Below are positions 29,284-38,800 of a DNA stretch of 42,078 bases, one piece after another. The position numbers and the translations under genes were made by a program. How positions within the stretch are numbered: the first letter of the stretch is position 1; the number at the start of each line of letters is the position of its first letter. The notes below the pieces were generated by a model that saw only the letters and a list, made by a program, of their open reading frames with translations, did not search any database and was not told the origin of the DNA. Origin of the DNA: Parcubacteria group bacterium (GTDB lineage Bacteria; Patescibacteriota; Minisyncoccia; Phycocordibacterales; Phycocordibacteraceae); the NCBI GenBank assembly GCA_028286525.1, contig JAQBRL010000022.1:1-42078 (forward strand). Direction: 5' to 3'.

Positions 29284-30489
29284 ATGAAGCGATTCATCAC
29301 CCTCGCGCTGCTCGGCACCTGCTGGGCGGCCTATGGGAATAGCGCGAACGCCGCGACGATCACGACCACGCAGCGCAACGGCAGCAATGTCGCCACCTGT
29401 GTCGTCGGCACCATGACGGTGACCACCGAGAGCCCGGGAGGTCTGGTAAACATGAACTGCAGGGGGCTCGCGAAAGCGTCGACCCCGATTCCCGCGAAAA
29501 CGCCGCCGCCCGCGACCGCCACGGCCGCTCCGGCTGTCGCAACGCTCGGGAAGCAGCACCCGTTCTACGCTTTCTGCAAGGGAGGCGTGCCCTCCAAGGA
29601 CGAGCTCGTTCGGCGGATGAGGAAATCCCTCGACGCCGACAGGAATGGGATGCAGAAGCTCGAAGGCTGTCACGCTAATCCCGTGCAGTTCCTCGAGGCC
29701 TTTCGGCAGGGCGATCCAGAAGCGGGTCTCACCCACGTCTCGCAGTTGGTCGTCTACATCGACGGGCTCGTCGAGATGACGCCCGACCGCGACACGGTCT
29801 ACTACTCGTCCTGTGTGATGGGCAAAACGAACGGCCCAGAAGACGTGAAGCCCAAATGCCAGCCGCAGAAGATCGCGGCCGGCGTGAAGGTCTACGGCAA
29901 CCCGAAGACCCACCGTATGACGCTCAAGCTCGACTGCGCCAACCCCGGCCTCGTGCCGGTAGCACCGCCGTCGTGCGACCTCATCGTGTTCGAAGTCAGA
30001 CGCGAGGGCGAGCATCGTTCGCATCATCCGGTCTACGGTCCGGCTGAAGACGCGACGTGCCATGGGTACCAGAAGGTGGCCCTCACGGCCGACGGCGGCA
30101 TCCGACTTCTGGGCGACCGGGGCGAATTCGCTCCGGGCTGCCTCGATCGCATGCCGTCCTGCAGCTACGAAGGAGCCGACGCTGCCGCTCGACCCCGTGT
30201 GCGTACGTTCGATGGCACCATCGACGCGCTCAAGCCGGGGTTCTACGCGGTTCGGGTATCGCATCACTTCAGCACCAACGTGGCCAACGCTCTGGGCATC
30301 TGCGTGGAGTTCACGGATCCGGAAACGGGCGAGTGGACCACTTCGTTCACCGCCATCGTTCGCACCGTCGACTACAAGACGAGGCCGAACGGGCAGCGGG
30401 TCGCGCGGGTGGCCTACCAAGAGAACGAGTTGCCCGCGGGCGTTCGCGAGAACGATCCGGGCGGCCTCTATCTCTGGCCGGCACGCTAG
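29284..30489 (+). CDS. Secreted Cys-containing hypothetical protein
   Basis: GGGGAG SD, signal peptide MKRFITLALL..ANA, Pro/Ala linker, many Cys, GC3-rich codons. Confidence 0.75.
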   Translation: MKRFITLALLGTCWAAYGNSANAATITTTQRNGSNVATCVVGTMTVTTESPGGLVNMNCRGLAKASTPIPAKTPPPATATAAPAVATLGKQHPFYAFCKGGVPSKDELVRRMRKSLDADRNGMQKLEGCHANPVQFLEAFRQGDPEAGLTHVSQLVVYIDGLVEMTPDRDTVYYSSCVMGKTNGPEDVKPKCQPQKIAAGVKVYGNPKTHRMTLKLDCANPGLVPVAPPSCDLIVFEVRREGEHRSHHPVYGPAEDATCHGYQKVALTADGGIRLLGDRGEFAPGCLDRMPSCSYEGADAAARPRVRTFDGTIDALKPGFYAVRVSHHFSTNVANALGICVEFTDPETGEWTTSFTAIVRTVDYKTRPNGQRVARVAYQENELPAGVRENDPGGLYLWPAR

Positions 30490-30498
30490 ACATCGGTG

Positions 30499-30526
30499 CG
30501 GCGACGGAACCTCGGTTCCGTCGCCG
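30499..30526 (+). terminator. Hairpin terminator
   Basis: cggcgacggaacc-tc-ggttccgtcgccg followed by a pyrimidine/T run. Confidence 0.6.
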
Positions 30527-30613
30527 TCCACCTCCCTTTTTCGTACGTCGCGCCCCTGGGCGCGGCAGGGGTTATTTCTTATCAACGATTATTCACCGTT
30601 CACTACTTCATCT

Positions 30614-33208
30614 ATGAGCATCGCTACTACCATGTCATACGCAAAGCATCGGCCGATCCTTATCGGTCTCGTCACCGTTGTCGCTGTGTTCAGCGTTGGC
30701 GTCGGTATTGCGCTTGCTGCCGGTTTCGTTACGCCTTCGCAGGTGATGGCGCAGGTAGCGCCACCGTGCTGCACGCCACCCCCTCCCCCTCCGCCTCCAC
30801 CACCCCCACCCCCTCCGCCTCCACCACCCCCTCCGCCACCCCCGGCACCTCCTCCGGCGCCCGTTCCAGTACCGGTCCCGGCTCCTCCGCCTCCACCTCC
30901 TCCGGTGTGCAGCATCGATGTGAGCCCGAATACCATCCAGCAGGGAGGTTCCGCTACGCTGTCCTGGTCGACCGATAATGCGGATTCCGCATCGTTGAGC
31001 GGCGCGGGCTCCGTCGGCACGTCCGGCTCCTTTGCCGTCACGCCCACCCAGACCACGACGTATGAGCTCACCGCGAGCAATGAAGTAGCGACCGCGCACT
31101 GTTCGACGACCATCACGGTTACCAATCCTCCACCTCCTCCGGCTCCCGCGCCTACGTGCGTGCTTGAAGCGGACCCGACCTCTATCGCGCAGGGTGGAAG
31201 CTCCACGCTCAGATGGGGAGTCACGAACGCAACGAGCGTTACGCTCGCTGGCTCGCAGACCGCTTCCATTCATAGCGGCCAGCTGGTGGTGACGCCTTCG
31301 CAGACCACCACGTATACGCTCACGGCACGCGGGAACGGCGGTACGGTTACCTGTACGGCCACCGTAACGGTCATTCCTCCCGCACCCACGGCTCCGGTGT
31401 GTACGCTCGTCGCTAACCCGACCGCGATCGCAGCCGGCGGCGCCTCGACCCTGTCGTGGACGACCAGCAACGCCTCGAACGTCTCTATCGATACCGGCAT
31501 CGGCCAGGTCTCGACCAGTGGCGGTCGTAACGTGGCGCCCGCTCAGACGACCACCTACACCCTGACTGCGGTAGGGAACGGCGGCACCGTTCACTGTTCC
31601 GCGACCGTTACGGTCGTGCCGCAGACGCCTACGGCCCCCGTGTGTACGCTCTCGGCCGCTCCTACCACCATTCTTCAGGGCTCGGCAGCGACGCTCTCGT
31701 GGACGACCAGCAACGCCTCGAACGTCTCCATAACGAACATCGGTTCGGTGTCGACGTCAGGCTCGAGTACGGTTGCGCCCGCGCAGACCACCACGTACGT
31801 CCTTACCGCAACCGGTACCGGGGGTACGGTGAACTGCTCCGCAACCATCGTCGTCGTTCCTCCGGTCGTTACTCCGAACGCACCGACCTGTACGCTCTCG
31901 GCGAATCCGACCAACATCGCAAGCGGCGGCGTCACGACCCTGTCGTGGACGACCACGAACGCGACCTCGTTCGTTATCGATCAAGGCGTGGGGCAGGTAG
32001 AGACCGGAAACGGCTCTCGCACGGTGAACCCCGGCGGCTCGCGCACCTATGTGGGCACCGCATACGGCCCCGGCGGCACCGTTACTTGCGTCACGTCGGT
32101 CTCGGTCAATACGGGAACGCCAGGACCTTCGTGCACCATGAACGTGTCTCCTTCGGTCATTCGCCAAGGCGACAGCGCGACCCTCACCTGGGACAGCAAC
32201 AGCGTGCGCGACGTGACTATCAGCCCGAGCGTCGGTTCGGTAGGCCAGAGCGGCAATGCACGCATATATCCTCCGAACGGTTCCGGGACCTACACCTATC
32301 AGGGAGTCTTCTACGGCTTTAACGGCAACAGCATCACCTGTTCCGCGACGCTTCGCGTCGAGACGCCGCAGCAGAACCTGGTGCTCGATTCGCTGCCGGT
32401 GGTAGGGAATCAGCCCCTCTCGTACGTGTACCTCGCGGATCTTCCGTACACCGGTCTTGATCTGGGACCCGTCGGTACGGCCATCTACTGGCTCATGCTT
32501 ATCCTCTGGAGCCTCGCGGTCGCGTACCTCGTGCTCTGGGGCATGGTCCCTGCGGGACTGCGTCGCTTCGGGCTTGCGGGTGCTACCGCGTCCTATGCGC
32601 CTGCATCCATCGCTCCCGCGGCCCACACGCCTGCCGCACCAGTGATGCACTCGGCTCCGGCAGCGCCTGCCGCGGCACGTACGCACACGTCGTACGAAGG
32701 CTTCAAGGCGCTCGCCTCCGAAGGCGCGCTCACCATCGATGACATCGTGAAGGGCCTCGCGCGCGAAGCAGATGATTCGCATCTGCTCGCTCCACCCGCC
32801 GTCGCTGCTCCCATCGCGGTAGCTGCTGCGCAGGCAGCCGCAACGGTGACGCAGTCGCCCGCAGCACTCCTGCCCCCTGCTCATCAGGACGTTCCTGCCT
32901 TCCTTACCGCCCTGCTTGCAGGAGAGAAGGAAGCGGTCTTCGGCATCGTCCGCGACATTACGAAAGCAGGCGGTGACGCCCAGGAATTCATCACCCATGC
33001 CATCATGGCGCTCGATGATGCGTACCGCGCGAAGACCGAAGGAAGCACGGTGCATCCGGAAGTCGCTCGCGTCTGCGAGAACTGCACCCCGACCTTCCTC
33101 GAGAAGCTCATCACGTCGCTCTCGACCGCGCTCGACTCCAGCTACTCTGCAGGAACCACAGGCGTGAAGCTTGCGGTGACGCGTGCGCTCGCTGCCGTCA
33201 ACGGATAA
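30614..33208 (+). CDS. Surface protein: poly-Pro, six Ig-like repeats, LPYTG, TM and a large cytoplasmic domain
   Basis: Signal peptide; Pro run; six copies of P.C...A/S.P..I..G...TL.W...T.TY.....C...V; LPYTG at 32441-32455, TM, RR and ~210 further aa; alternative start at 30632. Confidence 0.85.
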   Translation: MSIATTMSYAKHRPILIGLVTVVAVFSVGVGIALAAGFVTPSQVMAQVAPPCCTPPPPPPPPPPPPPPPPPPPPPPPAPPPAPVPVPVPAPPPPPPPVCSIDVSPNTIQQGGSATLSWSTDNADSASLSGAGSVGTSGSFAVTPTQTTTYELTASNEVATAHCSTTITVTNPPPPPAPAPTCVLEADPTSIAQGGSSTLRWGVTNATSVTLAGSQTASIHSGQLVVTPSQTTTYTLTARGNGGTVTCTATVTVIPPAPTAPVCTLVANPTAIAAGGASTLSWTTSNASNVSIDTGIGQVSTSGGRNVAPAQTTTYTLTAVGNGGTVHCSATVTVVPQTPTAPVCTLSAAPTTILQGSAATLSWTTSNASNVSITNIGSVSTSGSSTVAPAQTTTYVLTATGTGGTVNCSATIVVVPPVVTPNAPTCTLSANPTNIASGGVTTLSWTTTNATSFVIDQGVGQVETGNGSRTVNPGGSRTYVGTAYGPGGTVTCVTSVSVNTGTPGPSCTMNVSPSVIRQGDSATLTWDSNSVRDVTISPSVGSVGQSGNARIYPPNGSGTYTYQGVFYGFNGNSITCSATLRVETPQQNLVLDSLPVVGNQPLSYVYLADLPYTGLDLGPVGTAIYWLMLILWSLAVAYLVLWGMVPAGLRRFGLAGATASYAPASIAPAAHTPAAPVMHSAPAAPAAARTHTSYEGFKALASEGALTIDDIVKGLAREADDSHLLAPPAVAAPIAVAAAQAAATVTQSPAALLPPAHQDVPAFLTALLAGEKEAVFGIVRDITKAGGDAQEFITHAIMALDDAYRAKTEGSTVHPEVARVCENCTPTFLEKLITSLSTALDSSYSAGTTGVKLAVTRALAAVNG

Positions 33209-33219
33209 GGAGTTCGAAT

Positions 33220-33260
33220 AAAAAGAAAAGCTGCGTCTAGAAGGCGCGGCTTTTCTTTTT
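33220..33260. terminator. Intrinsic terminator
   Basis: aaaaagaaaagctgcgtct pairs with aggcgcggcttttcttttt. Confidence 0.75.
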
Positions 33261-33303
33261 ACCGAACGGGAGTATGGTAACGGTGGATACGGAGGATGCA
33301 TCC

Positions 33304-33414
33304 ATGTCAAAAGGGAACAAATACGACCCTTTTGACTGGGTCATTGCGTTCGCCGCACTTCTGGTAATGCTCATCGGAGCCGGCGCAGCGGAATTCTTCG
33401 CGCATCGATTCTAG
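33304..33414 (+). CDS. 36-aa single-TM peptide (MSKGNKYDPFDWVIAFAALLVMLIGAGAAEFFAHRF)
   Basis: GGAGG SD upstream and a hydrophobic core; manual translation. Confidence 0.55.
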   Translation: MSKGNKYDPFDWVIAFAALLVMLIGAGAAEFFAHRF

Positions 33415-33432
33415 TAATTAGGGGGAGGAACT

Positions 33433-33645
33433 ATGAGTGATCGTATGTCTCGAAATGGCACGACCGGTATCTCGCCGGCGCATGTCTTGGTCCTCATCGG
33501 ACTGATGCTGCTCCTAGTCTATGCAGCGGCGCCGTACGCACGCGAAGCCCTCGTCTGGCTATGGGCTTCGTTCCGGGAGTGGCTCACGGGGATGCTCGCC
33601 CTCGTCAACAGGGAGGTTACCCACCATGTTTCGCCAAATCCTTGA
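33433..33645 (+). CDS. 70-aa single-TM protein
   Basis: GGGGAGGA SD and a hydrophobic segment after G|ISPAH. Confidence 0.6.
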   Translation: MSDRMSRNGTTGISPAHVLVLIGLMLLLVYAAAPYAREALVWLWASFREWLTGMLALVNREVTHHVSPNP

Positions 33646-33751
33646 ATATCTGAAGACGGATGACGATGGACCGACCATCCTGTTCTTCGGATTCATCCTC
33701 GTCGTCTGGCCGATAGGCTGCGAGGTCTACACCATCCTCAACGGCCTCTGA
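33626..33751 (+). CDS. 41-aa single-TM peptide (MFRQILEYLKTDDDGPTILFFGFILVVWPIGCEVYTILNGL)
   Basis: GGGAGG SD, overlap with the previous gene, hydrophobic core. Confidence 0.55.
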   Translation: MFRQILEYLKTDDDGPTILFFGFILVVWPIGCEVYTILNGL

Positions 33752-33773
33752 ACGAAGGAGTACTGGTGAGACG

Positions 33774-33804
33774 AAAAGCGCCGGGAGCGATCCCGGCGTC
33801 TTTT
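33774..33804. terminator. Bidirectional terminator
   Basis: aaaag-cgccggga-gcga-tcccggcg-tctttt between convergent genes. Confidence 0.75.
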
Positions 33805-35545
33805 ATTTCCTGGTGCTGGTTTCGCGTACGACTCTCGCCGCGAACGCCTCGACGCTCATCGCTTCGAGCTTTCCTTCGTCACGGCTTTCAGCGGTCACCG
33901 TACCGGCTTCTACTTCGGCGTCGCCCACCACCAGAAGATAGGGGATCTTCTCGCCCTTGCCCGCACGTATCTTCTTGCCGAGCGATTCGTTCGCGGCATC
34001 CACTTCCGCACGCAGTCCTGCCGTGACTAATGTTTCGGTCACGCGCGCCGCATAGTCCGCATGTTTTTCCGAAACCGGAAGTACGCGGACTTGCACGGGA
34101 GAAAGCCACACGGGGAAGTTGCCCGCGGTGTGCTCGATGAGTATGGAAAGGAATCGTTCGATAGAGCCCATGATGGCTGCGTGTATCATCACGATGCGCT
34201 CTTTTTGACCCTCTTCGTTTATGCAGGTGAGGTCGAAGCGTTCGGGCTGATTCATGTCGAGCTGTATGGTCGCGACCTGCCAGCGGCGGCCGAGCGAGTC
34301 CTCTGCCATGAAGTCGAGCTTGGGTCCGTAGAAGGCGGCTTCGCCGACCCCGTCTTCGACCGCAACCCCTTTCGCGCTTATGATGTCGCGCAGCATGCCC
34401 TCGGCCTTTTCCCATACGGACGCATCGCCCAGATAATTCTCCAGGTGCTCAGGGTCATGGGTGGAAAGCCGTACCTTCAGATCGAAGCCGAAGGCGGGGT
34501 AGAAGGCATGGATGATGTCCCAGACATTCAGGAATTCTTTCTGCACGTCGTTCATGCGGCAGAAGACATGCGCATCGTCCTGCGAGAATGCGCGGACGCG
34601 CGAAAGCCCAGAGAGCTCCCCGGACTGCTCGTCGCGGTAGCAGGCGGTGGTGTTGCTGTAGCGCTGGGGAAGCTCGCGATAGCTCCACTGCTTGCGCGCG
34701 TATATCTGCGTGTGATGCGGGCAATTCATCGGCTTCATCGCGAACTCGTGGCCCTCGCGTGTCTGTATACGGAACAGGTCGTCCTTGAATTTGTCCCAGT
34801 GACCGCTCGTTTCGTAGAGCTCCTTTTTCGTGATGTGCGGGATCTCCACTTTCTGGTAGCCATAGGGCTTTCGGAGCTCCCAGACGAAGTCGTCCAGCAG
34901 GTCGCGCACGAGCGTACCCTTCGGGGTAAAGAGGGGAAGGCCCGGCCCCACGAGCTCCGAGAAGACGAAGAGGTCGAGTTCCTTTCCGAGCTTCTTATGA
35001 TCGCGCTTCTTCGCTTCCTCTATCTGCGTGCGGTATGCATCGAGCTCTTCGATGGAGTCGAACGCAAGTCCGTAGATGCGCGTGAGCATCGGCTTCGTCT
35101 CGTCTCCACGCCAGTAGGCTCCCGCGATGCGCTCGAGCGCGAATGAATCCGCTTTTATCTCGTGAGCCGGGTTCTCGCTGTGGCCGCCACGGCACAGATC
35201 GGTAAAGTTTCCCGCCGTGTAGAGGGTGATGGGTTCGCCCGAAGCGACGATGCCGTCGATCAGCTCGAGCTTATAGGGATTCCCGGCGAAGCGGTCGCGC
35301 GCATCCTTCTCGGATACCTCGGTCCCCGTCATTTCGCTCCACGAGGGAAGAAGGTCGCGCATCGCTTCCTCTATCTGGGCAAGGTCGGTCTCTTTTGCGG
35401 GAGGACCGCCGGAGAAATCGAAATCGTAATAGAACCCGTTATCCACCGCAGGGCCGATGGTGGCTTTCGCATGCGGATAGCGCTCGGCGATGCTTGCTGC
35501 GAGCAGGTGAGCGAGAGTATGTCGTTTTTCCTCAAGGGAGGCCAT
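33803..35545 (-). CDS. thrS: Threonine-tRNA ligase (lacks N-terminal TGS domain)
   Basis: RHTLAH, GFYYDF, DLCRGGH, GAYWRG, KPMNCPHH, AAFYGPK, IHAAIMGSIERF. Confidence 0.96.
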   Translation of the reverse strand: MASLEEKRHTLAHLLAASIAERYPHAKATIGPAVDNGFYYDFDFSGGPPAKETDLAQIEEAMRDLLPSWSEMTGTEVSEKDARDRFAGNPYKLELIDGIVASGEPITLYTAGNFTDLCRGGHSENPAHEIKADSFALERIAGAYWRGDETKPMLTRIYGLAFDSIEELDAYRTQIEEAKKRDHKKLGKELDLFVFSELVGPGLPLFTPKGTLVRDLLDDFVWELRKPYGYQKVEIPHITKKELYETSGHWDKFKDDLFRIQTREGHEFAMKPMNCPHHTQIYARKQWSYRELPQRYSNTTACYRDEQSGELSGLSRVRAFSQDDAHVFCRMNDVQKEFLNVWDIIHAFYPAFGFDLKVRLSTHDPEHLENYLGDASVWEKAEGMLRDIISAKGVAVEDGVGEAAFYGPKLDFMAEDSLGRRWQVATIQLDMNQPERFDLTCINEEGQKERIVMIHAAIMGSIERFLSILIEHTAGNFPVWLSPVQVRVLPVSEKHADYAARVTETLVTAGLRAEVDAANESLGKKIRAGKGEKIPYLLVVGDAEVEAGTVTAESRDEGKLEAMSVEAFAARVVRETSTRK

Positions 35546-35597
35546 TAGAGGTGAGAATAGCATAAAACAGTTCGCGGCGGCCCCTACAGGCCGCCGC

Positions 35598-35801
35598 TTA
35601 GAACTCGCCAGGAGAGCCGTATCCGCCATTTCCCGTGCGCGGATACGCTTCCTGGAACCGCTCCTCATCGTGCGGCGGATACCGCGGATCAGGGAGTTCA
35701 GCTTCAAGAGCGATATACAAGCGCGCCGTATCCTGCGTTCGTTCCTCGGGCCGGATGAACGATTCAGGCGGTCGTGACTGTTCGTAGTTCCATCTGGACA
35801 T
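35598..35801 (-). CDS. Small hypothetical protein (67 aa)
   Basis: AAAGGA SD upstream; fills the dnaE-thrS gap in the same orientation. Confidence 0.4.
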   Translation of the reverse strand: MSRWNYEQSRPPESFIRPEERTQDTARLYIALEAELPDPRYPPHDEERFQEAYPRTGNGGYGSPGEF

Positions 35802-35832
35802 CGAGCATCCTTTCGAACCTGTGATTCTTATA

Positions 35833-38800
35833 TCACAGCGCTTTGAGATTCTCGATGGCGAGCGAAAGCTCGCCATTGCGGTTACTGATGGTCGCTTTGA
35901 TAAGGACGCATTCGCCCACCTGCACGAAGGGACTCCGTTCCTTATAGACCTTGGGAAAGATGACGCCTTCGATGGAGGAGGATTTATCCTCGAACTTCAC
36001 GAAGGCCATCTTCTCGCCGGATTTCGTGAGCACGGTACGCACCTCTTGAATGAGTACGGGAATGATAATGGGCAGGCCCGGCTGCGGCTCTGCACGGATG
36101 TGGCCAATGGTGGTAGCCGCTTTGCTCATGGCGTCCGGATGGCTATCGAGGGGATGCCCCGAGACGTAGATACCCAGAAGCTCTTTTTCCCATGCGAGCT
36201 TGTCGGCGAGCGTGGTGGTGCGATCGGAGGCAGGAAGCACGAGCGCAGGCGCCGCGAAGAGTCCGGCGCCGAAGAGGGAATCCTGCGGCGCCTCCGTCGT
36301 CGCGTCCTTATGGAAGGTGAGCAGCGTCTCGATATGGGAAAGCAGGAGCGAGCGCCCGCCGCGCTCGTCCACGAAACGATCGAGCGCGCCTGACTTGATG
36401 AGGCACTCGAGGGATTTGCGATTCAGGCTCTTCGTTTGTATGCGCGAGAGGAAATCAGAAAGGTCTGTATACGGCCCGTTCTTGTTGCGTTCGGTGATGA
36501 TGGCTTCGGAAATGCCCTCGCCGAAGTTCTTGATGGTCGTGAGCCCGAAGCGGATGGTGTCTTTGTTCTCTCCCGCGACCGTGAAGTCGCTCCCGCTCTC
36601 GTTCACGTCCGGAGGAAGCACCAGGATCTTGAGGCGTTCGCATTCGGCCACGAACGTGGCGATGGATTCGGTGTCGCCCGCGTCAGCGGTGAGTACCGCC
36701 GCCATGTACTCCACGGGATAGTTCGCTTTCATGTATGCCGTCTGGTAGGCGACCTTGCCGTAGCAGGCGGCATGCGCCTTGCCGAAGCCGTACGCCGCGA
36801 ACGGCTCGATGAGTTTCCAGAGCGTCTCGCCCTTTTCCTTGGAGAGCTTTCCGTATTCCAAGAATCCCTTCAGGAGCTTTTCCTTCTGGGCTTCCATTTC
36901 CGCAGGGATCTTCTTGCCCATGGCTTTGCGCAGCGTATCGGCTTCCAGCCACGTGTACCCGCCGAGCGTGATGGCGGTCAAAAGCACGTCGTCCTGGTAC
37001 ACGAGAAGGCCGTACGAGGCTCCAAGATACTCTTCCATGCGCGGGTCCATGTAGCGCAAGAGCTTCGGATTCTTCTTGCGCTCGATGTATTGCGGGATGG
37101 ATTCCATGGGACCCGGACGATAGAGCGCCACCATGGCATTGATGTCGTGGATGCTCGTGGGCTGGAGTTCCTTCAAGTAGCGCGTCATGCCCGAGCCGTT
37201 CAATTGGAACGTGCCTTCGGTCTCGCCGCGCGCGAGCATAGCGAAGGTCTTCGCATCGTCGATAGGGATATTCTCGATATCGATGAACATGCCGCGGGTC
37301 TCCTGCACGCGCTCGATGGCGTCCGACAGGATGGCGAGATTCTTGATGCCGAGGAAGTCGAACTTCAGGAGTCCCGCGTCTTCCACCGCATGCATGTCGT
37401 ACTGGGTGATGAGCTTGCCCGTCTTGGTATCCACCTGCAGCGGCGTGAAGTCCGTGAGCGGGGTGGGCGAAATGACCACGCCCGCGGCGTGCACGCCCGT
37501 ATGGCGCACGCAGCCTTCTATCTGGCGGGCCAGGTCGATGATCTGGCGCGCATCGTCGTCCTCGTTGTAGAGGGCTTTCAGCTCCGGCTCGAGCTCGAGC
37601 GCGCGTTCGATGGTCATAGGGAAGCCCTGGCTTCCGAGCGGGATGAGCTTCGCTATCTGATCGCCCATGCGGTATGCATGGCCCAGCGCGCGCGCTACGT
37701 CGCGTACCGCTGCGCGCGCCATCAGGGTGCCGAAGGTACCTATCTGCGCGACTTTATCGTCGCCGTATTTCCGCTTCGCGTACGCGATCATCTCGTCGCG
37801 CCTGTTATCAGCGAAGTCCATGTCGATATCCGGGGCGGAAGGCCGTTCAGGATTCAGGAAGCGCTCGAAGGGAAGCTTATAGAACAACGGGTCGACATTC
37901 GTGATACCGGAAAGATAGGTGACGAGCGAACCGGCGACCGAACCGCGAATGGTCGTCAGGATGCCGTTCGCATGCGCATAGTCGAGAAGGTCGGCAACGA
38001 CCAAGAAGTAGGGCGCGAAGCCTTTCGCGTTGATGATCTCGAGTTCGTACTCGATCCGCTTCTCCACTTCAGGCGTACGCTCCATGGCGCGCATGGAAAG
38101 GCCGTTATAGGTCTTCTCGCGGAGCGTCTGCTCGTACGTCTTGCCCGGTTCAGGCGCCAGCGCGGGGAAGTTCCAGCCGCCAAGCGTAAGGGTCACGTTG
38201 CACCGCTCGGCTATCTCGCCCGAACGGTCCACCGCGTCAGGAATGTCCTTGAACCATTCGCGCATCTGCTCCTCCTTCACGAAGGAGAAATCCTCCTCCT
38301 CGTTGTGGCCTTCGGACCCGTGCGCGATGCGGCGCATCACTTCGGTGGCCTCGCGATCGGAAGGCTTCAGGTAGTACACGTCATGCTGGGCAAGCAGCGG
38401 CACGCCGGAGGATTTCGAAAGATCCCTAATGTCGGCCATACGCTCCATATGCTTGTTCACCTTCGGGTGGTGCGTGATCTCGAGGAAGACATTCTCTTTC
38501 CCGAAGATGCTCACGTATTCCGCGAGCGCTGCCGCGGCGCCTTTCTTGTCTCCCGCCTTGAGGTACTGCGCGACCTCGCCCGCGAAGGACGGAATGATCG
38601 CGATGAGGCCTGCATGATGCTGGCGCAGCAACTCCTTATCCATACGCGGCCGGTCGAACAGGCCTTCGGTGAAGGCTTTCGTCACGAGCACCATCAGGTT
38701 CTGGTACCCCTCGTTATTCTCCGCGAGCAGCACGAGGCGCGAGCGCTTGTTCTCGTCACCTGGATTCTTGTCATAGCGCGAGCGCTGCGCCACGTAGGCA

